A DNA stretch of 64,000 nt from Planctomycetota bacterium (GTDB lineage Bacteria; Planctomycetota; B15-G4; JADJEK01): contig JBGAIQ010000003.1 of the NCBI GenBank assembly GCA_044225365.1, positions 96,001 to 160,000 of the forward strand. Direction: 5' to 3'. Shown piece by piece: positions 46,784 to 56,029 of this stretch (positions within the stretch are counted from its first letter, which is position 1; the number at the start of each line of letters is the position of its first letter). The position numbers and the translations under genes are program-made. The notes beneath the pieces are model-generated. The model was not told where the DNA came from, did not search any database, and was given only the letters and a program-made list of their open reading frames with translations.

Positions 46784-46825
46784 ACCAAAGCCCGTGCCAT
46801 GAGATCTCTCGGCACGGCGCGTGCC
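46784..46825. promoter_or_regulatory. Back-to-back sigma54-like motifs between the activator and the REC gene
   Basis: Minus strand TGGCACGGGCTTTGGT (46784-46799); palindromic GGCACGGCGCGTGCC (46811-46825) reads GG-N10-GC on both strands. Confidence 0.5.
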
Positions 46826-46965
46826 GGACGCTCCCCGACTCGACCCGAAGCTCTCCATCGGCTTCGCCGCGACCCGGGATGCCTCGTTGGGAACCTGCTG
46901 GGTTCCACGCGAAGAGCGGAGCCTTGTGAGCGGCGCGGACGAATCGAACGAGAAGAGCGTTAGGT

Positions 46966-47478
46966 GTGATGATGATCACGACGGAGCCTCCACGCAGTCT
47001 GCGGGCCGAATCCCGCGGTCCGATCGCGGACCCGACCAATTCATTGCCGTTCTCTCCGATCCCCTCCGCTGCACCCTCGCAGCCGGCGCCGGGGATCCCC
47101 GCGGCAACCATCCTCGTGGTCGATGACGATCGGAAGAGCGCGCTCGGACTGTCGCTCCTCCTGCGCCTCGATGGTCACGAAGTTCGAACGGAATACGACG
47201 GTGTTCAAGGCTGGCGAACCGCCGAACTCCATCATCCGGAAATCGCGATCCTCGATATCGAGCTGCCCGGAATCGACGGTCTCGAGATCGCGCGCAGGAT
47301 CCAGCGCACGGATTGGGGACGCAACGTGATGCTCATCGCGACCACCGGTCTCGGCGACCCCGAGGACATCGAGCGATCCCGTCTCGTCGGCTTCGATCAG
47401 CACTTCGTCAAACCGATCGATATCGAGGAGCTGCGACGCGCGATCCGTGCGCACGGCGGACGCACGAACGGGTCGTGA
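46966..47478 (+). CDS. Single-domain response regulator (REC)
   Basis: ILVVDDD, LDIELPGIDG, ATTG, FVKP; start uncertain. Confidence 0.85.
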   Translation: MMMITTEPPRSLRAESRGPIADPTNSLPFSPIPSAAPSQPAPGIPAATILVVDDDRKSALGLSLLLRLDGHEVRTEYDGVQGWRTAELHHPEIAILDIELPGIDGLEIARRIQRTDWGRNVMLIATTGLGDPEDIERSRLVGFDQHFVKPIDIEELRRAIRAHGGRTNGS

Positions 47479-47520
47479 TGCCGCGGCAGGGAGGCGTTCG
47501 GCGCGAGCGAACGCGGGGAG

Positions 47521-47673
47521 TCAGAAGACCCGCAGCAGGAGGAAAACGATGAGGACGAGAACCAACAGTCCGCTCGGGGTGTACCCCCAACGTCGACTGT
47601 GCGGGTACACCGGAAGCGATCCGAACAGAAGGAGGAGCACGATGACGAGGATCAGGATGTTCTCGTTGGACAC
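47521..47673 (-). CDS. DUF3309 family small membrane protein (50 aa)
   Basis: ILILVIVLLLLFGSLPVYPHSRRWGYTPSGLL; GTG start after GGAGA. Confidence 0.85.
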   Translation of the reverse strand: MSNENILILVIVLLLLFGSLPVYPHSRRWGYTPSGLLVLVLIVFLLLRVF

Positions 47674-47785
47674 GGTGGGATCTCCATGGAGGACGGCACC
47701 TCGTGTGGATCCCCTTCCCCGTGAGGGAAGGCGTTCTTCGTCGCGTCCCGGGTGCTCGAGGATCGCGGGAATCGAATCGAGCGAT

Positions 47786-47801
47786 TGCAAGGTTCGTGCC
47801 G
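47786..47801 (-). promoter_or_regulatory. Near-consensus sigma54 promoter for DUF3309
   Basis: CGGCACGAACCTTGCA vs consensus TGGCACG-N4-TTGCA. Confidence 0.75.
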
Positions 47802-47868
47802 CCCCCAGGCACGCCTCGGCGTTCGTCGACGCTCGCCCCGCCGCACTTCCGAGATCCGAAGGTGTGTG

Positions 47869-47884
47869 GTTTCTACAAACTTCG
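47869..47884 (+). promoter_or_regulatory. Shared upstream box (UAS candidate)
   Basis: GTTTCTACAAACTTCG, between two divergent sigma54 motifs. Confidence 0.65.
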
Positions 47885-48050
47885 CGGGGCCCGCTCACGA
47901 AACGCAAGGACTCTCCCGTCGCGGATCGACCGATCGTCGATGGGCCGACCCGCCGAAGTCGTTCGCCGACCGCACCAGCCTCCCCGACTCCGGCCCGATG
48001 ACGACCGCAGGACCCGACCGGGCCTGTCCGGCGACGGTCGCCTCGAATCG

Positions 48051-48066
48051 CGGCATGGAGTTTGAT
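48051..48066 (+). promoter_or_regulatory. Imperfect sigma54 motif for the DUF883 operon
   Basis: CGGCATGGAGTTTGAT (-12 reads TTGA). Confidence 0.4.
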
Positions 48067-48153
48067 TCCGCATCGACCTTGGACCGCTGGATCGCGCGCC
48101 GTTCGGCGCGGAGGGCGGCTCCCATTCACCCGCATGACCCCGGAGATCCGATC

Positions 48154-48432
48154 ATGAAAACCACGTTGAACGGCCGCTCGCGAACGACCCGCACGGACGA
48201 CGCCGCAGCTCGCGCCCATTTGAAGGAGGCGGCGACCTCCACCCGAGACGGTGTCATGGAGATGGGATCCGCGGCGAAGGAAGTCGCGCGCACGGAATTC
48301 GACCACCTCACTGCCCAATTCGGGACGTGGCGTGACGAGGCGCTCGAGAAGGTCGTCGAGAAGCCGCTGAAGTCACTGCTCATCGCGGCGGGAGCCGGCG
48401 TCGTCGTCGGACTGCTCCTGCGTCGCCGCTGA
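48154..48432 (+). CDS. DUF883 / ElaB-YqjD family tail-anchored protein
   Basis: C-terminal VVEKPLKSLLIAAGAGVVVGLLLRRR; GGAG RBS. Confidence 0.85.
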   Translation: MKTTLNGRSRTTRTDDAAARAHLKEAATSTRDGVMEMGSAAKEVARTEFDHLTAQFGTWRDEALEKVVEKPLKSLLIAAGAGVVVGLLLRRR

Positions 48433-48502
48433 GACCTCGCGCTTCCCTTCCGATTTCTTCGCCGCCGAATTTCGGTGACGACGACGAGAACGACGCACCA
48501 GC

Positions 48503-49057
48503 ATGACTTCATCGGATTCCAACGATTCCGGAGTCGACGGCTTCGCCGGCATTCGTCCATCGGTGCCACTCGATCCGCCACAGCCCGCCTCCACGTCCGC
48601 GACGGAAGAAGAAAAGGTCTCCTCCCGAGCGGCCGCGGAACTCGCCGTAGCCCTTCGAGCCTTGAACCACGATCTACACGAGCTGGCGCGTCTCGCACTC
48701 ACCTATCTGAGCACGCTTGCGGACAAGGCCCGATGGGGAGTGCAGAGGCTCGCGCTCTCCATCGTCCTTTCCGCCATCTTGCTCGTCGTCGTCACCGTCT
48801 TCCTCTGTGCGTGTCTGCTGCGAGTTCTCGACGGCCTAGCAGGCGCGCTACTCGCCGCGAGCGGTTCGCCGTGGATCGCCGATCTCGCGGCCGGCATCAC
48901 CGGCGCGGGTCTGATCGCACTCATCGCAGTGTGGCGAATGCGTGTCCATGAGCGCGCCACGCTCGCCGCGCTGAAGGCCAAGTACGAGTCGACGAGTCCT
49001 CTGGTTCCCCCTGACGATCCTTCGCCGGTGCCGGATGCGAAAGGAGATTCGCCATGA
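48503..49057 (+). CDS. YqjE-like (holin-X-like) membrane protein
   Basis: Two TM helices, follows DUF883 as in yqjD-yqjE. Confidence 0.5.
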   Translation: MTSSDSNDSGVDGFAGIRPSVPLDPPQPASTSATEEEKVSSRAAAELAVALRALNHDLHELARLALTYLSTLADKARWGVQRLALSIVLSAILLVVVTVFLCACLLRVLDGLAGALLAASGSPWIADLAAGITGAGLIALIAVWRMRVHERATLAALKAKYESTSPLVPPDDPSPVPDAKGDSP

Positions 49058-49512
49058 CGAGCGAACGGATCAGATCGCCCAGCGACTTCCTCGATGAACA
49101 GGCGCGACTCGCGAAGGCGCGGCTCGCGGCTGTCTCGAAGGCACTGCCGGGGCGTCTCGCTGCGGCGGTCGACCCCAGTCGTTGGGTCCGCGAGAGTCCG
49201 CTCAGCATGCTCGCCGGTGCGTTTGCGCTGTCGGCACTCGTATCGAATCACCTCTCCCGCCGAGATCCGATCGACTCGTTGAGCTCCGACGACCTCGACG
49301 CGCTTCGCCGGGCGCAACACGCGGCGACCGAGCGCCGCGAATCTCCTCTCGCGAATGCACTCTTCGCGCCCATCCTCTCCCTCGCCTCTCGCCATCTGCT
49401 CTCGCGGATCTCCGACCTCGCAATGGAAGGGACGGAACCGAGTCCATCCGCGGATGCGATGGCCCCGTTCGACGTGCCCGGCGATCCCTTTCCGCCCATC
49501 CCTCCGAACTGA
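49054..49512 (+). CDS. YqjK-like hypothetical protein
   Basis: DPSRWVRESPLSMLAGAFAL; ATGA overlap; third gene of the yqjDEK-like trio. Confidence 0.45.
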   Translation: MTSERIRSPSDFLDEQARLAKARLAAVSKALPGRLAAAVDPSRWVRESPLSMLAGAFALSALVSNHLSRRDPIDSLSSDDLDALRRAQHAATERRESPLANALFAPILSLASRHLLSRISDLAMEGTEPSPSADAMAPFDVPGDPFPPIPPN

Positions 49513-49540
49513 CCCCCAAACCGAACGCGCCTCGACGCCG

Positions 49541-51136
49541 TCAGATCTCGAGCGGCATGGCGGAGAGCTTCAGCTTCGGATTCTCGCGAAGCAGATAGTC
49601 GACCGACCACGCATCGGGGAAGAGGAGCACGCGCTGATCACGCTCGTTGGTCGCGAAGGCGACCTGCGAGTAGCGGATCGCTTCATCGACGATCTCCGTC
49701 GCGATCTCCTCCGGGATCCAGCGCAGCACTTCGAAACGGCTTTGCTCGAGTCGCGATTCCGCGCCGTACTCGCTCTTCAATCGATACTGCACGACTTCGA
49801 ACTGCAGCGGGCCGACCGCGCCGAGCAGCGGAACGCGCATTCCGGTGTCGCGAAGCGTGAACGCCTGCACGACGCCCTCTTGCAGCAACTGCGCAAGCCC
49901 CTCGCGGAAGCGCTTGAACTCGCTCGTGCTCGTGCTGTGGAGATAGGTGAAGCACTCCGGCGTGAAGTGAGGAACTTCCCGATAACAAATCGTCGGGTCC
50001 TCGGTGACGGTGTCGCCGATGCCGAACTCGGAGCGTCCGACGAGACCGATGACGTCGCCGGGAAAGGCCTCGTCGATCGTCTCGCGTTCGCGTCCGAGCA
50101 GCTTGTGCGAACTGTTGAGTCGAACCTTCTTGCCAGACTGCGCGTGGATGACGGACATCTCGCGTTCGAACTTCCCGGAGCAAACGCGAATGAAAGCGAT
50201 GCGATCGCGATGCTTCGGATCCATGTTGGCCTGGATCTTGAAGACGAAGCCCGAGAACGCCGGGGAATCCAACGGCACTACTCGATCGCCGGACCGCCGC
50301 GGCGTCGGCGGAGTGCTGAGCGCGAGGAACGAATCGAGCATGAGCTGCACGCCGAAATTGTTCGCCGCGCTGCCGAAGAACACGGGTGTCTGCTGGCCCG
50401 CGTGGACGCGTTCGATGTCGAAAGCACTCGCGGCGCTCGTCAGCACCTCGAGTTCGTCGTAGGTCTTCTTGAACAGGTCGTCGCCGAGCTTCTCACGCAC
50501 CACCGCATCCGTGATGTCGTGGATCGTGACGGGCGCGCGGTACGCACCGCCGGGCACGCGCTCGAAGAAGTGCACCTGGGATCCGCGTCGGTCGTAGACG
50601 CCGCAGAATTCCGAACCGTTCCCGAGGGGCCAGTTCGCCGCATACGCATCGATCCCGAGCACGCTCTCGAGTTCGTCGAGCAACGAGAGCGGATCGCGCG
50701 CGGGGCGGTCCAGTTTGTTCATGAACGTGAAGATCGGGATACCGCGACGGCGACAGATCTCGAACAACTTGCGGGTCTGCGTCTCGATGCCCTTGCCGGC
50801 GTCGATCACCATCACGACCGAATCGACTGCGGTGAGCACGCGATACGTGTCGTCCGAGAAGTCCTTGTGGCCAGGCGTGTCCAGCAGGTTGATGCGATAA
50901 CCGTCGTAGTCGAATTGCAGGACGGTCGAGGTGACCGAGATCCCGCGCTGCCGTTCGAGTTCCATCCAGTCCGACGTGACGGCCCGCTGATTCTTGCGCG
51001 CCGTGACCGACCCGGCGAGTTGGAGCGCGCCACCGTAGAGCAGGAGCTTCTCGGTGAGCGTGGTCTTGCCGGCGTCGGGGTGGGAGATGATCGCCAGCGT
51101 GCGGCGGCGTGCGACTTCTTGCTTCAGGTTGGACAT
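49541..51136 (-). CDS. prfC: Peptide chain release factor 3
   Basis: RRRTLAIISHPDAGKTTLTEKLLL, SDWMELERQRGISVT, DTPGH, FKIQANMDPKHRDR, GAVGPLQFEV. Confidence 0.97.
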   Translation of the reverse strand: MSNLKQEVARRRTLAIISHPDAGKTTLTEKLLLYGGALQLAGSVTARKNQRAVTSDWMELERQRGISVTSTVLQFDYDGYRINLLDTPGHKDFSDDTYRVLTAVDSVVMVIDAGKGIETQTRKLFEICRRRGIPIFTFMNKLDRPARDPLSLLDELESVLGIDAYAANWPLGNGSEFCGVYDRRGSQVHFFERVPGGAYRAPVTIHDITDAVVREKLGDDLFKKTYDELEVLTSAASAFDIERVHAGQQTPVFFGSAANNFGVQLMLDSFLALSTPPTPRRSGDRVVPLDSPAFSGFVFKIQANMDPKHRDRIAFIRVCSGKFEREMSVIHAQSGKKVRLNSSHKLLGRERETIDEAFPGDVIGLVGRSEFGIGDTVTEDPTICYREVPHFTPECFTYLHSTSTSEFKRFREGLAQLLQEGVVQAFTLRDTGMRVPLLGAVGPLQFEVVQYRLKSEYGAESRLEQSRFEVLRWIPEEIATEIVDEAIRYSQVAFATNERDQRVLLFPDAWSVDYLLRENPKLKLSAMPLEI

Positions 51137-51292
51137 CGAAAGAGCAGTACGAGACTACGCTCCAGCCGCCGACCGATACGCTCGTTGCCTGCGGTGGAAT
51201 CGAATCCCGTCAGCAAACGCGACGAGCGACGCTCGCGCAAGGGACGAATCGAGAAACGGCGGAAGGAACCCGAGGATCCCGCCGGGGCGCGC

Positions 51293-52363
51293 TCATTTCG
51301 AGCCGGGGAACGACTCGCTCTTGTCGACCTTGACGCCGATCCTCTCGCCACGCCGCAGCTCGATCGATCCCGCTTCGCGACGAGAGAGCTCCACCGCGAT
51401 CTGATGCTGATCTCCGGCGCGCTGCAGTTGAACCCGAACGATCGAGCCCACGACCTGGATGTGCCGGATCACCGCGACGAACTCCGCGGCCCCGTCGCTC
51501 GCCGGAACGAGCTGAATTTCGTGCGGCCGTACGTAGCGTGCGCCGCCATCCTCGAGCGGCAGCCGATTCACCGCACCGAGGAACTCGAATACGAACGGGG
51601 AAGCGGGACGATCGTAGACCCGACGCGGTGAACCGACCTGCTCGACCTTCGCGTGGTTCATCACCACGACCGTATCCGCGATCTCGAGCGCTTCGTCCTG
51701 ATCGTGCGTCACGAAAAGGGTCGTGAGCCCGATCGCTTCGTGGAACTCGCGCAGCCACGACCGCAATTCACGCCGCACCTTGGCATCGAGAGCGCCGAAC
51801 GGTTCGTCGAGCAGGAGGACCTTGGGATCCGTCGCGATCGCGCGCGCGAGGGCGATGCGCTGGCGCTGTCCGCCCGAGAGCTGATCGGGGTAGCGCTTCG
51901 CGAGACCCTCGAGCTGCACGCGACGGAGCAGATCCATCACCTTGTCCTGGATCGCGGATTCCGCGGGTTTGTTCTTCCGCACTCGGAGTCCGAACGCGAC
52001 GTTCTCGAAGACGCTGAGGTGACCGAACAGCGCATAGTGCTGGAACACGAATCCAACGCCCCGCTCGCCGGGAGGAAGGTCGGTCACGTCGACGCCCTGG
52101 AATCGCACGCGACCCGATCCGGAGTCGAGGCGTTCGAGGCCGGCGATCACGCGAAGGAGCGTCGTCTTGCCGGAACCCGATGGGCCGAGCAAGGCCGTGA
52201 GTGCTCCGGTCGGAACGGCGAGGTCCACGCCCTCGAGCGCGACCACGGGCCCGAAGCGCTTCATCAGGTTCTTCGCCTCGATGCCGAGCGTCAACGGTCG
52301 CGGAATGGAATCCGACGACGAAGACGCCTGCGTTCTCTCGTCCCGCGACGGCGAATCGATCAT
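51293..52363 (-). CDS. cysA: Sulfate/thiosulfate ABC ATPase
   Basis: [44 protein letters not shown]-terminus. Confidence 0.93.
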   Translation of the reverse strand: MIDSPSRDERTQASSSSDSIPRPLTLGIEAKNLMKRFGPVVALEGVDLAVPTGALTALLGPSGSGKTTLLRVIAGLERLDSGSGRVRFQGVDVTDLPPGERGVGFVFQHYALFGHLSVFENVAFGLRVRKNKPAESAIQDKVMDLLRRVQLEGLAKRYPDQLSGGQRQRIALARAIATDPKVLLLDEPFGALDAKVRRELRSWLREFHEAIGLTTLFVTHDQDEALEIADTVVVMNHAKVEQVGSPRRVYDRPASPFVFEFLGAVNRLPLEDGGARYVRPHEIQLVPASDGAAEFVAVIRHIQVVGSIVRVQLQRAGDQHQIAVELSRREAGSIELRRGERIGVKVDKSESFPGSK

Positions 52364-53280
52364 GCGGCACCCGCGTCTTCCAGGGGATTGGTATTGCCCG
52401 CGGCCCGGCGCTTCATGTGCCGCCATTCCAGCCACGACTTCACGAACAATGTCACGAGCGCGAGGAATGCGAGTAGCGACGCGCAAGCGAACGCCGAGAC
52501 GTAGTGATATTCGTTGTATTCGACTTCGACGTGGAGCGGCAGCGTATTGGTGAGTCCGCGGACGTGCCCCGAGACGACGGAAACGGCTCCGAACTCGCCC
52601 ATCGCTCGCGCGTTGCACAGGATCGCTCCGTAGAGCAGCCCCCACTTCACCTTCGGCAGCGTGACGCGGAAGAACGTCTGCACGCCACTCGCGCCGAGCG
52701 TCAGCGCAGCGTACTCCTCGTCGTCACCCTGCGACTGCATGAGCGGCAGCAGCTCGCGTGCGACGAAGGGGCAAGTGATGAACATCGTGGTGAGCACGAT
52801 CCCGGGGAGGTCGAAGATCACGCGCAAACCATGCTGCGCGAGCCACGGCCCGAGCCATCCCTGCGCTCCGAAGACGAGCACGAACATCAACCCGGCGACG
52901 ACGGGCGACACGGAGAGCGGCAAGTCGACGAGGGTCTGCAGGATCGCTCGACCCGGGAAACGGTACTTCGCGATGCACCACGCCGCAGCGATGCCGAAGA
53001 CGATGTTCACCGGCACCGAGATCAGTGCGACGATCAGCGTGAGTCGAATCGCCGCGAGTGCCTGCGACGTTTGCAGACTGTTCAGGTACTTCGCCAGTCC
53101 GGCCGAGAGCGCCTCGTAGAAGACGATGAACAGAGGCATGAACAGGAAGAGCGCGAGGAAGACGATCGTGAAGCCGATGCAAGCGAATCGAACCGCGCGC
53201 GAATCCTGCGTCGCAGGCCGCGTCGAGTGCAGCACGGTGGTCGGTGGCGCCTGCCGAACGAGCGCAAGGCTGTCGCTCAT
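52360..53280 (-). CDS. cysW: Sulfate ABC permease CysW
   Basis: [44 protein letters not shown]. Confidence 0.93.
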   Translation of the reverse strand: MSDSLALVRQAPPTTVLHSTRPATQDSRAVRFACIGFTIVFLALFLFMPLFIVFYEALSAGLAKYLNSLQTSQALAAIRLTLIVALISVPVNIVFGIAAAWCIAKYRFPGRAILQTLVDLPLSVSPVVAGLMFVLVFGAQGWLGPWLAQHGLRVIFDLPGIVLTTMFITCPFVARELLPLMQSQGDDEEYAALTLGASGVQTFFRVTLPKVKWGLLYGAILCNARAMGEFGAVSVVSGHVRGLTNTLPLHVEVEYNEYHYVSAFACASLLAFLALVTLFVKSWLEWRHMKRRAAGNTNPLEDAGAA

Positions 53281-54167
53281 TCTCGAGTGCTCCCGCCCTG
53301 GCGGGCTCGCGCGAGGCTGCGCCGCTGCAGGGCATTGATCGCGAAGAGCATCGCGAACGACACGACGAGCAGAACGGTCGCGATCGCCGTCGCGGCCTCG
53401 TAATGATACTGCTCGAGCTGGGTGACGATGAGGAGCGGGGCGATCTCGGTGCGCATCGGCATGTTGCCCGAGATGAACACGACCGAACCGTATTCGCCGA
53501 TCGCGCGCGCGAACGCGAGCGCGAAGCCCGACAACAGGGCAGGCGCGATCACGGGGAGGATCACGCCCGTGATCGTCTGCCGCCGACTCGCCCCGAGCGT
53601 CGCCGCCGCTTCTTCGAGCTCCGGCGCGAGTTCCTCGATCACGGGTTGCACCGAGCGCACGACGAAGGGGAGCCCGATGAACGTGAGCGCGATGTAGATG
53701 CCGAGCGGTGAGTACGCCGACTCGATGCCGAAGCGATGGAGGATCCGCCCGATGAAGCCGTGTTCCGAGTAGAGCGAGGTGAGAGCGATCCCGGCGACGG
53801 CGGTGGGCAATGCGAACGGTAGGTCGACGAGCGCGTCGATCCAACGCCGGCCGAAGAACCGGTAGCGAGCCAGCGTCCAAGCGATCATGGCGCCTGCGAT
53901 CACGTTGGTCGACGCCGCGGCGAGCGCAGTGCCGAACGTCAGTCGATACGCCGCCATCGCCCGAGCCTCGGTCGCCGCCGCAAGGAACTCGCCCCCGCCC
54001 ATTCGCGCGGCCCGCATCACGACCGCGAGCAACGGAACGAGGACGAGCAGCGAGAGGTACGCCACCGTCGTACCGAGCGAGAGTCGAAAGCCCGGAAGGA
54101 CCCGCAGTTCGCGACGCTGGGCGCGTCGCGCGGCGGTCTCACTTCGCGGGGCTGTAGATGCGGTCAA
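53277..54167 (-). CDS. cysT: Sulfate ABC permease CysT (CysU)
   Basis: [44 protein letters not shown]; TTG start after GGAGG. Confidence 0.93.
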   Translation of the reverse strand: MTASTAPRSETAARRAQRRELRVLPGFRLSLGTTVAYLSLLVLVPLLAVVMRAARMGGGEFLAAATEARAMAAYRLTFGTALAAASTNVIAGAMIAWTLARYRFFGRRWIDALVDLPFALPTAVAGIALTSLYSEHGFIGRILHRFGIESAYSPLGIYIALTFIGLPFVVRSVQPVIEELAPELEEAAATLGASRRQTITGVILPVIAPALLSGFALAFARAIGEYGSVVFISGNMPMRTEIAPLLIVTQLEQYHYEAATAIATVLLVVSFAMLFAINALQRRSLARARQGGSTRE

Positions 54168-55164
54168 AGATGCCTCCGTCGTCGAAGTGCTTCTTCTGCG
54201 CGGCCTGCCAGCCGCCGAATTCGGCATCGACGGTCACGAGTTCCAGTTTCGGCAATCGCGCGATGTCGGCTGGATCCGCGGCCTCGGGTTTCACGGGCCG
54301 GAAGAAGTTCTTCGCCGCGATCCTTTGCCCGGTCGGCGAGTAGAGGAACTCGAGATAAGCCTGCGCGATCTCCGCGTTGCCCTTCGACTTCGCGTTCGCA
54401 TCGACGACCGCGACGGGCGGCTGCGCCAGGATCGAAAGGCTCGGAACGACGATCTCGAAGCCCGCGGACGCGAACTCCTTCTTCGCGAGGAATGCCTCGT
54501 TCTCCCAGGCCAGCAGGACGTCGCCGAGTCCGTTCTTCGCGAAGGTCGTGGTCGATCCGCGCGCTCCGGTGTCGAGCACGGGCACGTTCTCGTACAGCGC
54601 CTTCAGGAAGTCGGACGCGCCGTCCTCGCTGCCGGTCTTGCGCTTCCCATACGCCCAGGCGGCGAGGTAGTTCCAGCGCGCGCCACCCGACGTCTTGGGA
54701 TTGGGAGTGATCACCTTCACGTCCGGCTTCACGAGATCGTCCCAGTCCTTGATCCCCTTGGGATTGCCCTTGCGGACGAGGAACACGATCGTCGAGGTGT
54801 AAGGCGCCGCGTCGTTCGGCAGTTTCTTCTGCCAGTCGGACGCGATCCTTCCCGATTTCTGCGCGATGACGTCGATGTCGAAGGCCAGCGCGAGCGTGAC
54901 GATATCGGCGTCGAGACCGTCGATCACCGCACGCGCTTGCTTCCCGGACCCGCCGTGCGACTGCTGGATCTCGACCTCGCCGCCGTGCTGACTCGTCCAG
55001 TTCGAGACGAAGGCTTGATCGAACTCCTCGTAGAATTCGCGCGTCGGATCGTAAGAGACGTTGAGGAGCGTGTGCTTGCCGCCGGTCGACTCGCTCTTCG
55101 AGCAGCCGACGAGTACGAGCGCGCCGAGGATCAAGGGGATCGAGAACGAGGATCGCTTCGACAT
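54139..55164 (-). CDS. sbp: Sulfate-binding lipoprotein
   Basis: LVG|C lipobox, [42 protein letters not shown]. Confidence 0.93.
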   Translation of the reverse strand: MSKRSSFSIPLILGALVLVGCSKSESTGGKHTLLNVSYDPTREFYEEFDQAFVSNWTSQHGGEVEIQQSHGGSGKQARAVIDGLDADIVTLALAFDIDVIAQKSGRIASDWQKKLPNDAAPYTSTIVFLVRKGNPKGIKDWDDLVKPDVKVITPNPKTSGGARWNYLAAWAYGKRKTGSEDGASDFLKALYENVPVLDTGARGSTTTFAKNGLGDVLLAWENEAFLAKKEFASAGFEIVVPSLSILAQPPVAVVDANAKSKGNAEIAQAYLEFLYSPTGQRIAAKNFFRPVKPEAADPADIARLPKLELVTVDAEFGGWQAAQKKHFDDGGIFDRIYSPAK

Positions 55165-55168
55165 CGGT

Positions 55169-55804
55169 TCACCTGGATTTGCGCGAGACTCGGCGGCGGC
55201 GCGCCCTCGCGCCGATGGGAACCGGATTGGTTCTCGTCGGTTCACTCCGCGGCGCCAACTCGCCAAGGGATGCGAGGAATCCGTCGCGCGGATCGGCATG
55301 CCGCTCGTTGGGGACGCTCTTCGCCGCGCGATCCTTCCGAGCCGCGAGAGGCGGGGCCACTCCGTCGCGTCGCAACTTCATGAGCGTGACGGCGACGATG
55401 TCGGCGAGCGTGTAGCGATCGAGGATCCCTGCGATCGCGTTGCGCACGTCGATCATCAGCATGCGCAGACCGCAATGCGCTTCGTCGGGGCAGGAGCACG
55501 GTTCGTACGCGACCTCCGAAGCGCACCCGATCGGCGCGAGCCGCCCGTCGATGCGTCGCACGACGTCGCCCATCTTGATTTCGCTCGCGAGCCGAGCGAG
55601 CTGGTATCCGCCCGCCTTGCCGCGAAGCGCTGCGATATAACCGCCATGCCGCAGGCTCGCGAGGATCCGCTCCACGAACTTCAACGGCATTCGTTCGGTC
55701 GCCGCGATCTCCGAGACGGGCACGACCTCGCGTCCGAGTTCGTGGGCAACGCCGAGGCAGATGAGACTGCGCAACGCGTACTCGCCTTGTTTGGTCAATC
55801 GCAT
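55169..55804 (-). CDS. Rrf2 family transcriptional regulator
   Basis: [33 protein letters not shown]-x8-C-x-C-x4-HC cluster. Confidence 0.9.
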   Translation of the reverse strand: MRLTKQGEYALRSLICLGVAHELGREVVPVSEIAATERMPLKFVERILASLRHGGYIAALRGKAGGYQLARLASEIKMGDVVRRIDGRLAPIGCASEVAYEPCSCPDEAHCGLRMLMIDVRNAIAGILDRYTLADIVAVTLMKLRRDGVAPPLAARKDRAAKSVPNERHADPRDGFLASLGELAPRSEPTRTNPVPIGARARRRRVSRKSR

Positions 55805-55810
55805 GGTCAC

Positions 55811-55850
55811 AATGTCTACAGGGTTAATCTCCACTTGCCAAGTAGGATTT
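55811..55850. promoter_or_regulatory. AT-rich imperfect inverted repeat, candidate Rrf2 operator
   Basis: ATCTCCACTTG-C-CAAGTAGGAT plus an adjacent GTCTAC half-site immediately upstream of the regulator start. Confidence 0.4.
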
Positions 55851-56029
55851 GAACGAGTGGGATTTCGCGCGCAATGCTGCGTCCCGCGTTACGCCCACCT
55901 CCCTCCCACTGGACAGTTCTCGAACGGAACCTTTTCATGGGTGGATCTCGTCTACGGACGGAACGCCGCGGATCGAGATCGTCGAAAGTCGCCGCGGCCA
56001 CTCCGCGTGAGTCAAGAAGGTCGAACTCC

